From contig CAVSGO010000007.1 of assembly GCA_963727525.1 (NCBI GenBank), positions 928,001 to 992,000 on the forward strand: DNA of 64,000 nt, written 5' to 3'. Made by a program: the position numbers and the translations under genes. How positions within the stretch are numbered: the first letter of the stretch is position 1; every line of letters starts with the position of its first letter. Below, one piece after another: positions 26,544-35,941 of this stretch. This stretch comes from an uncultured bacterium. GTDB lineage: Bacteria > Krumholzibacteriota > Krumholzibacteriia > LZORAL124-64-63. The notes beneath the pieces were generated by a model. The model was not told where the DNA came from, ran no database searches, and was given only the letters and a program-made list of their open reading frames with translations.

Positions 26544-29329
26544 CGGACCCACGCCGCCTTGCGCGTCACGCATTGCCCGCGCGCCTCGAGACGCAGCACG
26601 TACACGCCCGCAGCGACCCGGCGACCACCCTCGTCCCGGCCATCCCAGGCGAGGGTGCCCTGCAGGGCGCCCAGGCGCCAGCGCCTCACGCGCCGTCCGC
26701 GCAGGTCGTAGATGCTCAGCCGCGCGTCCGGGTCGCCACCGCCGTCCACCTGCACGCGCATCTCCGAATGCGCCGGGTTCGGACGCGGCAGACCGAGGGC
26801 GATCGCGGCCACCGAGGACGTCGGCGACCACGCCACCGCGCGCGAAACGACGTCGCCGAGGCTGGTTGCCGCCGCCACGCGTAGCCACGTGACGGCGGCC
26901 GCGAGCGCGTCGGCCGGCACCGGCGCCGCTTGCAGCGCACCGGGCACGGGCGCCACCGTCGTGACCCGTTGCCAGGTCGCGCGCGCATCGCGGCTGATCT
27001 CGATGGCGTAGGTCTGCGCCGCCTCGCCCGCCCAGTTCCAGGTCACGGTCACCCCGCCGCCGTCGCCAACGTGCAAGGCCACCGGGAACGCGCTCGCCGG
27101 CGGCCGGCTCTGCAGCGTGTCCAGCCGGGCCACGAGCCAGCCCCGTTCCCAGAACGCGGGACTCGCCGCGAGGTGCAAGCGCAGGCGCCAGGGTCCCGGT
27201 CCGTCCGGAACCGGCACGACATCGACGCGCCAGCGCGGCCGGCCGTCGACGAGCACGCTGTCCACGCCCGTCCAGGCCGCCACGCCGTGCAGGGGCTGCG
27301 CGGCCTGCCCTGAGCAGCGCCCCGGATAGCCGTCGACCGGGATGGCCGGGGACACGGTCCCGTCCGGTCCGAGCCACTCAGCCACGCAGGCATCGACCCC
27401 CAACCCGGTGGGCAGCGCCTCCACCTCCACATGGTGCACGAGTCGGACACCCGTGACCTGCGGCGCCAGCAATTCGGAGACGAGGATGGCCTCGCCTCGA
27501 TTCGAATACCTCACGAAGGGCCACGCCGCGGCACTGGTGTAGGCGGCTCCCGTGCAGGCGAGCACGGGCGAGCCGTCGCCCGTCGCGCCCGTCCCCGGAC
27601 TCCAGCGGTGCCACATGGTCTCGCTGTCGCCACCAGGGTAGAGCTGCGACCACGGCCCCGGCCAGACCTGCGCGAAGTCGAGCGGTGCCGCCGACGCCGT
27701 CCACGCCCAGAGGCGGGTGACATGCGTCACCACCTGCATGCCGCCCCCGGACACTGCGTCGAGCACCTGCACGTCGAACGACGTCATCGCGCCGGCCGGG
27801 AGGTCCGGCGCGGGGTCCCAGGACAACGGTCCGGATCGCCAGAGTCCGGGCGCCACCGCTTGCAGCGGGCTCGTGAACACGTCGACACCCCCGGCGAACG
27901 AACCATGGTGGGCGCCGGGACCGAGCGCCACGGACACCGAGGGATCGGTGAGCGACCAGCCACGCTCCGTCACGTCGACGTAGAACGCCGGGGAGGGCGT
28001 ATCGTCGTCCAGGCTCAGAACGATATCGCAGGCGAAGTCGACCTGGTCATCCACCACGAGCGCGACACCCGTGGGCACCGTGGTGATCCCCGTGACGGCG
28101 ATGCCCGTGGCGCCGCCGTAGCGGTCGCTCGATGGGGTCGTGAAGGGGGTGAGCGCCGTCGTGCCGGCGCTGCCGGGAAAGACGTCGCTCGCGTCGCCGA
28201 GCGCGGCTCCCGTCGCCACGTCCGCGCCGCCGTCGGCCTCGACGAGGCGCACCCGCAGGTGCCGTTCCGGCCCGGCGGGATCGGCGAGGGCGCCCTCGGC
28301 GACGGTCTCGTCGATATGCGTGATCACGAGCTGGCCAGGCGGCAGGGCCGCGTCATAAGGAGCCGTCCGCGGATCGCCGCGCACCTCCAGCACGAAGAAC
28401 TCGGGCCCGGCGGCACCATCGGCCCAGAGGCGCCAAGCCGCGCCGGAATCGCGCGAGGGCGTGAGTGTTGCCGCCGTGGTGCCGTCGCCGCGCAATGCGG
28501 CGAGTGCGAGCCAGCCGAGCTGCGTGCAGGTGTAGGCGTCGGGCAGCGCAGGGTCATGGGCATCGCCGCTACCCCACATGCCCGCGGCCATCAGACTGAA
28601 GTTGCCGAGGCCTCCGCTTGCCACGACCTCGCCGCTGGCCGGAAGGTACGGGTCGTACCGATCCTCGAGTCCGAACAGGTGCGCCGTCTCGTGCGCCCAG
28701 AGGCCGAGACCGCTACGGGCAGCGACCACGGCGAACATCTGGGCCTTCACGCCATCCTGCACCACCGGGGTGACGAGGTAGTACTGCAGGGGCAGGATGA
28801 GCCCGTGCTCGATATCGTTCTCGACGCCGGTGCCTGCATGCAGGAGCAGCACCCCATCGACCTCGCCGTCGCCATCACGGTCGGCATCCGCCAGGCGCGC
28901 GCCGGCGGCGATCGCACCGCCGATCGCCTGGGCGGCCAGCGCCCGCGTGCGACTGTGCCCGTTGTAATCGATGTCGGAGTAGGCGCGGCGGTCGCCAGCG
29001 AGGCGCACGACCGGTGTCATCGTCACCGAGAGGGCCGCGTGGCCCTGCGACGCGACGTGGAAGTAGTCGGCCAGCGAACCGCGGGCATCGGCGACGAGGC
29101 GCGGCCCGAGCGCGGCGACGGTATCGTAATCGTCGGGGAAGCGCGCATCCGCGAAATCGACGGGGATCACGAGCAGCCCGAACGCGGCCGGCGCGTCGGA
29201 CTTCGCGTGCACCTGTTCGCGTACGGCCGCGCGGCGGCCGGCGCGCAGCGCATGCAGCAGGTCGTCCGCGACCGCGGACCGTGTCACGAGCACGACGAGC
29301 AGCGCCGCGATCACGGCGAGCCAGCGCAC
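26540..29329 (-). CDS. Secreted M6 (immune inhibitor A-like) metalloprotease with a C-terminal FlgD-Ig/T9SS-type sorting domain
   Basis: Signal peptide, LLVIPVDFAD, HETAHLFGLED, Met-turn FSLMAAG, EFFVLE; C-terminus PNP...IYDLRGRRVR...WDGRD...GVYVLRL...RK. Confidence 0.8.
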   Translation of the reverse strand: MRWLAVIAALLVVLVTRSAVADDLLHALRAGRRAAVREQVHAKSDAPAAFGLLVIPVDFADARFPDDYDTVAALGPRLVADARGSLADYFHVASQGHAALSVTMTPVVRLAGDRRAYSDIDYNGHSRTRALAAQAIGGAIAAGARLADADRDGDGEVDGVLLLHAGTGVENDIEHGLILPLQYYLVTPVVQDGVKAQMFAVVAARSGLGLWAHETAHLFGLEDRYDPYLPASGEVVASGGLGNFSLMAAGMWGSGDAHDPALPDAYTCTQLGWLALAALRGDGTTAATLTPSRDSGAAWRLWADGAAGPEFFVLEVRGDPRTAPYDAALPPGQLVITHIDETVAEGALADPAGPERHLRVRLVEADGGADVATGAALGDASDVFPGSAGTTALTPFTTPSSDRYGGATGIAVTGITTVPTGVALVVDDQVDFACDIVLSLDDDTPSPAFYVDVTERGWSLTDPSVSVALGPGAHHGSFAGGVDVFTSPLQAVAPGLWRSGPLSWDPAPDLPAGAMTSFDVQVLDAVSGGGMQVVTHVTRLWAWTASAAPLDFAQVWPGPWSQLYPGGDSETMWHRWSPGTGATGDGSPVLACTGAAYTSAAAWPFVRYSNRGEAILVSELLAPQVTGVRLVHHVEVEALPTGLGVDACVAEWLGPDGTVSPAIPVDGYPGRCSGQAAQPLHGVAAWTGVDSVLVDGRPRWRVDVVPVPDGPGPWRLRLHLAASPAFWERGWLVARLDTLQSRPPASAFPVALHVGDGGGVTVTWNWAGEAAQTYAIEISRDARATWQRVTTVAPVPGALQAAPVPADALAAAVTWLRVAAATSLGDVVSRAVAWSPTSSVAAIALGLPRPNPAHSEMRVQVDGGGDPDARLSIYDLRGRRVRRWRLGALQGTLAWDGRDEGGRRVAAGVYVLRLEARGQCVTRKAAWVR

Positions 29330-29330
29330 C

Positions 29331-30884
29331 TCACTCCCACTCGATCGTGCTCGGTGGCTTGCTGCTGATGTCGTACACGACACGGTTGACACCGTGAACC
29401 TCGTTGATGATCCGATTGCTGACGCGGGCGAGGATGGCGTCGGGGATGCGCGCCCAGTCGGCGGTCATGCCATCCCGACTGGTCACGGCGCGCAACGCAA
29501 CGACGTGCTCGTACGTGCGCTGGTCCCCCATGACCCCGACCGACCGCACGGGCAGCAGGATGGCGCCGGCCTGCCAGATCGCATCGTACTGTCCAGTGGC
29601 CAGCAGCTCCTCGATGAAGATACGATCCGCTTTCTGCAAAAGCGAGACGCGCTCGGCCGTCACCTCGCCGAGAATACGCACGGCAAGCCCCGGACCGGGG
29701 AAGGGATGGCGCTGCAGCAGTTCGCGTGGCAATCCGAGCTGCTCGCCGACACGCCGCACCTCGTCCTTGAAGAGGTCGCGAAGCGGTTCCACGAGGGCGT
29801 AGCCCAGCTTCTCGGGCAGCCCGCCGACGTTGTGATGGGTCTTGATGACGCTGCTCGGGCCGGCCACCGACTGCGACTCGATGCGATCCGGGTACAGCGT
29901 GCCCTGGGCGAGGAAGCCGAACGGTCCCATCTCCCGCGTCGCCGCGGTGAACGTCTCGATGAAGGTGCCGCCGATGATCTTGCGCTTGCGCTCCGGTTCG
30001 CTGACGCCCGCCAACCGCCGCAGGAACTCCGGGCCCGCGTCGACACGCTGCAGCGGATGGTGCAGCAGGCGGTTGAGATGCTGCTCGACCCACTCGCTCT
30101 CGCCGTCGCGCATCATGCCGGTGTCCACGTATACCGCGTGCAGCCGGTCGCCGATGGCCTGGTCCATGAGCACGGCCATCACGCTGCTGTCCACGCCGCC
30201 GGATACGGCGCAGAGCACGCGGGCGTCGCCCACCTGCGCGCGGATCGCCGCCACCGCCTCCGTCACGAAGGCCGCCGCCGTCCACCGCGCCGTGATTCCG
30301 CACACGTCGCGTGCGAAAGCCTCGAGCATCGCCATGCCGTGCGGCGTGTGGGCCACCTCGGGATGGAACTGCACGCCATAGATGCGCCGCACCGGATCGC
30401 CGGCCGCGGCGTACGGAATGTCGGGCGTCCGCGCCAGGGCCCGGAACCCCTCCGGCAACGCGTCCACGCGGTCGCCATGACTCATCCACACGGGCTGCGT
30501 GAGCGGCAGGCCGGCAAAGAGGGTGTCCGCCTCCAGCACCTCGATCTGGGCGTGGCCATACTCGCGGTTCGCCGACGGCGCCAGCTTGCCGCCGAGCACC
30601 TGGCAGACGAGTTGCATGCCATAGCAGATCCCCAGCAACGGCAGGCCGCGCGCGAAGAGATCGGCGCCCACGGTGGGTGCGCCCGGGTCGTGCACGCTCG
30701 AGGGGCCGCCCGAGAGGATGATCCCTTGCACGTCAGGATCGTCGAGCACCTCGCGATACCGGATGTACGGCACCATCTCGCTGTAGACGCCCGCCTCGCG
30801 CAAGCGCCGCGTGATGAGCATGCTCACCTGCGAGCCGAAATCGAGGACGACGATCTTCGGGTGCGATACTGCGCCGTTGTTCAT
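29331..30884 (-). CDS. guaA: GMP synthase (glutamine-hydrolysing)
   Basis: LDFGSQ, GICYGMQ, QFHPEV, SGGVDS, IKTHHNVGG, C-terminal KPPSTIEWE. Confidence 0.97.
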   Translation of the reverse strand: MNNGAVSHPKIVVLDFGSQVSMLITRRLREAGVYSEMVPYIRYREVLDDPDVQGIILSGGPSSVHDPGAPTVGADLFARGLPLLGICYGMQLVCQVLGGKLAPSANREYGHAQIEVLEADTLFAGLPLTQPVWMSHGDRVDALPEGFRALARTPDIPYAAAGDPVRRIYGVQFHPEVAHTPHGMAMLEAFARDVCGITARWTAAAFVTEAVAAIRAQVGDARVLCAVSGGVDSSVMAVLMDQAIGDRLHAVYVDTGMMRDGESEWVEQHLNRLLHHPLQRVDAGPEFLRRLAGVSEPERKRKIIGGTFIETFTAATREMGPFGFLAQGTLYPDRIESQSVAGPSSVIKTHHNVGGLPEKLGYALVEPLRDLFKDEVRRVGEQLGLPRELLQRHPFPGPGLAVRILGEVTAERVSLLQKADRIFIEELLATGQYDAIWQAGAILLPVRSVGVMGDQRTYEHVVALRAVTSRDGMTADWARIPDAILARVSNRIINEVHGVNRVVYDISSKPPSTIEWE

Positions 30885-30916
30885 GGTCACCTGGTGGTTC
30901 CGCCTCGTGGTTCCGC

Positions 30917-32473
30917 TCAATGGTTGAAGTGCCGCCGATCCGTGAAGATCAGCGTGACGCCCAGCTTCTGCGCCGCCGCGGCCACCTCGTCGTCGCGGAT
31001 GGAGCCGCCCGGCGCGATGACGGCGCGCGCCCCGGCCGCCGCCAGGGCCTCCACGCCGTCGGGGAACGGGAAGAAGCCGTCGCTCGCCGCCACGCAGCCC
31101 TGCAGGTCGAGGTTCTGGTCGGCGGCCTTGCGCACGGCCAGCTTCACCGAATCGACGCGGCTCATCTGTCCGAAACCGCAGCCGAGCGTGGCGGTCTCGT
31201 CGGCCAGCACGATGGCGTTGCTCTTGCCGTGCTTGGCGACCATCCACGCCAGGGTGAGCGCGCGCCGCATGCCGGCATCGGGCTCATCGCCGGCCGCCAC
31301 GCGCCAGCTCGCCAGTTCCGGGAATCCGCGATCCTCGTCCTGATGCAACACGAGCTGGCCATAGCTGCGGCTACGGTCGCGCGTCGCCGCCGTGAACACC
31401 GAAAGATCGCAGCTCAGCACGCGGACGTTCTTCTTCTTGCGCAGCCGCGCGAGTGCCTCCTCCGCAAAGGCCGGCGCCACGACGACCTCGAGGAAGCGAC
31501 CGGCCAGGTCGTTCGCCGTGTCCGCGTCGATGGGTCGATTGAACGCGAAGATACCTCCGAATGCCGACACGGGATCGCAAAGCAGCGCTCGCGCGAGCGC
31601 CTCGCGCGATTCCCCGAGCCCGAAGCCGCAGGGGTTGGTGTGCTTGAGGACGGCGCAGCAACTCTCGGCACTGTCGGCCACCAGCTTCAGCGCCGCCACC
31701 AGGTCGACGATGTTGTTGTAGCTGAGTTCTTTGCCGCCGTGCATCTCGAGGCCGAGACCCGACAGCTCGCCCGCGCCGGCGTGTGGCGCCGGCACCACGA
31801 GCGACGCCTGCTGATGCGGATTCTCTCCGTAGCGCAAACCGAGCCGCGCCGTGGCCGAAGACGAGCCGCCGGTCTGGGTCGCGAACCAGCCGGCGATCGC
31901 GGCGTCGTACTTCGCCGTGAGCAGGAACGCGTCGGCCGCGAGGCGGCGGCGGAACTCGATGTCGGTATCGCCGTCGTGACGGCGCACCTCGTGCAGGAAC
32001 TCCTCGTACTGCGCCGGGCTGGTGAGCACCGCCACGCGCCCGAAATTCTTGGCCGCCGCGCGGAGCATCGCGGGCCCGCCGATGTCGACCTGGTCGACCA
32101 TCTTCGCCGGCTCGAGATTGCGCGCGAGCGCGTCGGCGAAGTCGTAGAGATTCACGACCACGATATCGAAGGGCTGCAACTCCAGCGCCGCGATCGCGGG
32201 GTCGTCGTAGTCGGCCAGGGTCTTGCCGAGGATGCCGCCGTGGATCAGCGGGTGCAGAGTCTTCACGCGGCCGCCGAAGATCTCGGGGAAACCGGTCACC
32301 TGGCTCACGTCGGTCACGTCGAAGCGATGGTCGCGCAGATAGGTGGCCGTGCCCCCGGAGGCGACCAGTTCGTAGTCGTACGAGGCGAGGACCGCGGCCA
32401 CGTCCTCGAGACGTGTTTTGTCCGTGACGCTCAGCAGCGCGCGCCGCACGCGCTTCACAGTGTGCTCGCCCAT
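30917..32473 (-). CDS. purH: Bifunctional AICAR transformylase/IMP cyclohydrolase
   Basis: ALLSVTDK, GRVKTLHP, LRYGENPHQ, KHTNPCG, ASDGFFPFPD, C-terminal RHFNH. Confidence 0.97.
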   Translation of the reverse strand: MGEHTVKRVRRALLSVTDKTRLEDVAAVLASYDYELVASGGTATYLRDHRFDVTDVSQVTGFPEIFGGRVKTLHPLIHGGILGKTLADYDDPAIAALELQPFDIVVVNLYDFADALARNLEPAKMVDQVDIGGPAMLRAAAKNFGRVAVLTSPAQYEEFLHEVRRHDGDTDIEFRRRLAADAFLLTAKYDAAIAGWFATQTGGSSSATARLGLRYGENPHQQASLVVPAPHAGAGELSGLGLEMHGGKELSYNNIVDLVAALKLVADSAESCCAVLKHTNPCGFGLGESREALARALLCDPVSAFGGIFAFNRPIDADTANDLAGRFLEVVVAPAFAEEALARLRKKKNVRVLSCDLSVFTAATRDRSRSYGQLVLHQDEDRGFPELASWRVAAGDEPDAGMRRALTLAWMVAKHGKSNAIVLADETATLGCGFGQMSRVDSVKLAVRKAADQNLDLQGCVAASDGFFPFPDGVEALAAAGARAVIAPGGSIRDDEVAAAAQKLGVTLIFTDRRHFNH

Positions 32474-33357
32474 CGCTTAGCCTCCTCCGGGAACAGGATC
32501 TCCAGAACCTCGTGATACCGGCCCGACGTGCGCGTGAGGATCCCCTCGGGCAGCTTCGGCGGGGGAGGCGCGTGGTTCCAGTCGAGCGTCTCCAGGTGAT
32601 TGCGCAAGATCTGCTTGTCCCAGCTAGGCGGCTCCTCGCCCGGGCGATGCTCGGACGCGGGCCAGAAGCGGCTGGAGTCCGGTGTGAGCACCTCGTCGAT
32701 GAGGGCGATCTTCCCGTCGATGAGCCCGAACTCGAACTTCGTGTCGGCCAGGATCACACCGCGTGGCTCGGCATACGCGGCGCCGTCGCGGTAGAGGCGC
32801 AGCGAGAGGTCGCGCAGACGCTGCGCCGCCTCCTCGCCCACGATGCCAGCCATGGTCGCGAAGTCGATGTTCTCGTCGTGCCCCACGGCCGCCTTGGTCG
32901 AGGGTGTGAAGAGCGGCTCGGGAAGCTTCTCGGCCAGGCGCAGTCCTGCCGGCAGGTGGTGGCCGCAGATCGTGCCATCGCGCTTGTACGACTTCCAGCC
33001 GGACCCCGCGATGTAGCCGCGGACCACGCACTCCGCATCGAAGCGCTGCGCCTTGTGCACGAGGACGCTGCGCCCCGCGAGGCTGTCGGCGTGGTCGCGG
33101 AACGGCGCCGGGAACGCGCTGGCATCGGCCGTGATGATATGATTCGGGACGTCGCGGAAGTGGGCGAACCAGGCCAGGCTCATCACGTTGAGGACCACGC
33201 CGCGGCCGGGCACGACGTCGTTCATCACGACATCGAAGGCGGAGATGCGGTCGGTCGTGACGATGAGGTAGCGGTCGCCGAGATCGAAGACGTCACGGAC
33301 CTTGCCGACATAGGTCGGCGCAAGCCCGAGTTCCTCGGTGCTGCGCAGGGCTGGCAT
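32455..33357 (-). CDS. purC: SAICAR synthase
   Basis: GKVRDV, TDRISAFD, ECVVRGY, FTPSTKA, ADTKFEFG, DEVLTPDSSRFW. Confidence 0.97.
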   Translation of the reverse strand: MPALRSTEELGLAPTYVGKVRDVFDLGDRYLIVTTDRISAFDVVMNDVVPGRGVVLNVMSLAWFAHFRDVPNHIITADASAFPAPFRDHADSLAGRSVLVHKAQRFDAECVVRGYIAGSGWKSYKRDGTICGHHLPAGLRLAEKLPEPLFTPSTKAAVGHDENIDFATMAGIVGEEAAQRLRDLSLRLYRDGAAYAEPRGVILADTKFEFGLIDGKIALIDEVLTPDSSRFWPASEHRPGEEPPSWDKQILRNHLETLDWNHAPPPPKLPEGILTRTSGRYHEVLEILFPEEAKRWASTL

Positions 33358-33367
33358 GGGTCTCCTC

Positions 33368-35941
33368 TTAGGGATGGCGGGGATGGGTCACCGGGCTCGC
33401 GCCCGCCGTGCGCGCATGGTAGAAGTCCCCTGCGATGGTGTCAAGCGACGCCCCTGTCCGCCCGGGTTCCTGCGGCCAGGCTCCCCGCCGGCCGGAAACC
33501 GTGCGCCAGCGCCCGCGCCCGTCGGCCGTCCAGCGCACGATCAGAGTCCCGTCGAGATCCGTGCGCACCGTGGCGAGCGTATCGGCGCCGACCACGTACG
33601 GCCCGTGGCTGGGGTGGCGGTGGCGGTTCGCGACCCCGCAGCTGAGGGCGATGAGACGGGGACGCACGGCGCGCACGAGCGCGGCGCTTCCGGACGTGCG
33701 GCTGCCGTGGTGACCGGCCTTCCAGTAGTCGATCCCGGCGGCCGGCACGCCTGCGAGGGCCGGGACGAGTCGCGCCTCGCCAGCCGTTTCGAGGTCGCCC
33801 GTCCACAGTCCCACGAGCATGCCCGCCCGTAGCAGTCCGATCGCCAGCGAACGGTCGTTCTCGGCGGCGTCGGGCGGCATGACCGCGGGAGGATGCAGAC
33901 AGACCACCGCCCAGGGTCCGGCTGCGTGCAGCGTGTCCCCCGCCACGGGCCGCGTCGACGACCCGGGCGCGCCCTCCGGCGGCTGCGCGTCGCCGCCGAG
34001 GATCCAGGTGCCGACGGGAAAGGCGTCCCCCACCCGTGCGGCACCGCCGGTGTGGTCCAGATGGCCATGGGTGAGCATGACCGCGTCGAGGTGCCGCAAC
34101 CCGCGGCGAACGAGCCACGGCACGACGTCGCGCCCCACGACGGGCCCCGCGAAGCCGGCGTCGCCCGTGTCGATGAGAACCGTCCAGTCGTCGGGCAGAC
34201 GCAGCAATCCGCAGTCCCCCTGCCCCACGGCGAACTGGGCCGCCACGACGCCACGGTGCGCCGCCAGCGGATCATGCGCAGCGACGGCGATAAGCGCCGC
34301 CACCACAACGGCTGCCGCGGCGAGCGCCCGCCGCTGCCCACCACGCTGGCCACGGTGCAGGACGAGCCCCAGCCCGCACGCCAGCGCCAGGGCGAGGACG
34401 AGCCGCGGCGGATCGAAGGCCGGCAGGCCGATCTCGGCGAAGCCCAGGACCTGCGCGCCGCGTGACGCCCCGGCGGCGAGCAACCGTAGCAACACCGCTC
34501 CGCAGGCGAGGGCGCCGTCCGCGGCCCACGGCCACACGAGGCGCACCACGGCGCCGCCGGCCACGCCCGCGACCGCGAGCGAGAAGACCGGTACGGCTAC
34601 GAGGTTCACCAACGGAGCGCAGAGATTCAGTCGGCCGAACGATGCGGCCACCTCCACCAGTGTCGCCGTCTGCGCGGCGAGCGTGACGACGAGCCCCCCG
34701 GCCACGGCCCGCCATACCGGGGCCAAGCTGCGAAGGTACGGTGCGAGCAGCCGATGCCCACCCACGATGCCGGCGGCCGCGAGGTACGAGAGCCGCAGAC
34801 CGGTGTCGAGTACAGCCAACGGCTCCCACATGGCGTTTGCCCAGAACAGCAGCCCGAGCGTGCGTAGGCTGTCGCCGCGTCGCCCCACCACCGGCGCTCC
34901 CAGCGCCACCACCGCCAGTCCTGTCGCGCGCGTCACCGACCCGGGCATGCTCACGAGGACGGCGTACACCGCAAGCAGGGGACCGAGCGACCACGCCCGC
35001 GACCGCGGGCCGCGCGCCAGCGGCCGGAGGGCGAGGGCGGCGAGGCCGGCGATCAGCCCGACGTGCAGACCGCTCAACGCGAAGAGATGGGCGAGCCCGA
35101 GCCGCACGAAAGGGGCGCGCAACGCGGGGTCGGATCCGGCCCCGAGAAGGATCGCGCCGGCGAGGGCCGCCTCGCGCGGCGGCAAACCTCGGGCGAATAC
35201 TCGCAGGATGCGATCCCGGCCCCGGCCCAGCCGAACCCCGACACGGCTCAGGACGTCGCCGCCGGCGACGGACCGCCAGCGCGTCTCGTCGGCGACGTGC
35301 CCGCGCCAGCGCAGGCCGCGCCCCGCGAGGTACCGCGCGTCGTCGAATCCTGCGTCCACGGCCGGCTGTCGCGGGGGCCGCAGCACGGCGTCCGCCACCA
35401 GCACGCCCCAGAGTGCGGGCGGCTCACCCTGCGCGCGCAGGATGAGTCCCTCGCCGCGGCGCGGTCCGTCGTCGCCGCGCCAGGCGATCACCGCAGCCGG
35501 GGCGGTCCAGCCCCCGCGGCCATCGCGGCGTGGCCATGCGGTGATGCGCAGGAGTACCCGGCCCTCCGCCTCGCACCACTGGCTCGGCGACCACGGTTCG
35601 GCTGCCCGCGCGGCCTGCCGGCCGTGACGCGTCCGCACCTCGGCCACGCCCCCGCTCCAGGCGGCGACACCGGACAGCAGCGGCGCCAGCAGGATTGGCC
35701 CCGCGGCCGCGGGCGCGGCCAGGACGACCGGCGCCGTCGCGGCGAACCGCCACCAGGACGTGGCCGGCATCCGCGGCCACCAGGCCGGTGCACTGCCGCA
35801 GGCGCCGCCGGCAGCGACGAGCAGGAGGTGCCATCCCGCCCAGAGCAAGGGCCACGGGCCGGGCAGGGCAAAGGTCAGGCGTCTGGTTCGTCGGGAGGAA
35901 ACACTGCGAGCGGTTCTCCGGCCTCGCTCCAGAAATGGCAT
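33368..35941 (-). CDS. comEC: ComEC/Rec2 DNA-uptake channel protein with an MBL-fold domain
   Basis: GLAHLFALSGLHVG, VGQGD, LIDTG, THGHLDH, TGDLE, GHHGS. True start uncertain. Confidence 0.88.
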   Translation of the reverse strand: MPFLERGRRTARSVSSRRTRRLTFALPGPWPLLWAGWHLLLVAAGGACGSAPAWWPRMPATSWWRFAATAPVVLAAPAAAGPILLAPLLSGVAAWSGGVAEVRTRHGRQAARAAEPWSPSQWCEAEGRVLLRITAWPRRDGRGGWTAPAAVIAWRGDDGPRRGEGLILRAQGEPPALWGVLVADAVLRPPRQPAVDAGFDDARYLAGRGLRWRGHVADETRWRSVAGGDVLSRVGVRLGRGRDRILRVFARGLPPREAALAGAILLGAGSDPALRAPFVRLGLAHLFALSGLHVGLIAGLAALALRPLARGPRSRAWSLGPLLAVYAVLVSMPGSVTRATGLAVVALGAPVVGRRGDSLRTLGLLFWANAMWEPLAVLDTGLRLSYLAAAGIVGGHRLLAPYLRSLAPVWRAVAGGLVVTLAAQTATLVEVAASFGRLNLCAPLVNLVAVPVFSLAVAGVAGGAVVRLVWPWAADGALACGAVLLRLLAAGASRGAQVLGFAEIGLPAFDPPRLVLALALACGLGLVLHRGQRGGQRRALAAAAVVVAALIAVAAHDPLAAHRGVVAAQFAVGQGDCGLLRLPDDWTVLIDTGDAGFAGPVVGRDVVPWLVRRGLRHLDAVMLTHGHLDHTGGAARVGDAFPVGTWILGGDAQPPEGAPGSSTRPVAGDTLHAAGPWAVVCLHPPAVMPPDAAENDRSLAIGLLRAGMLVGLWTGDLETAGEARLVPALAGVPAAGIDYWKAGHHGSRTSGSAALVRAVRPRLIALSCGVANRHRHPSHGPYVVGADTLATVRTDLDGTLIVRWTADGRGRWRTVSGRRGAWPQEPGRTGASLDTIAGDFYHARTAGASPVTHPRHP
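33416..33444 (-). promoter_or_regulatory. sigma70-type promoter of purC-purH-guaA, inside the comEC 3' end
   Basis: TTGACA-17 bp-TACCAT. Confidence 0.7.

Noticed and set aside
33358-33415. ZMP/ZTP or purine riboswitch ahead of purC-purH-guaA
   Set aside because: The leader is about 50 nt and lacks recognisable conserved aptamer motifs. An Rfam scan would settle it.
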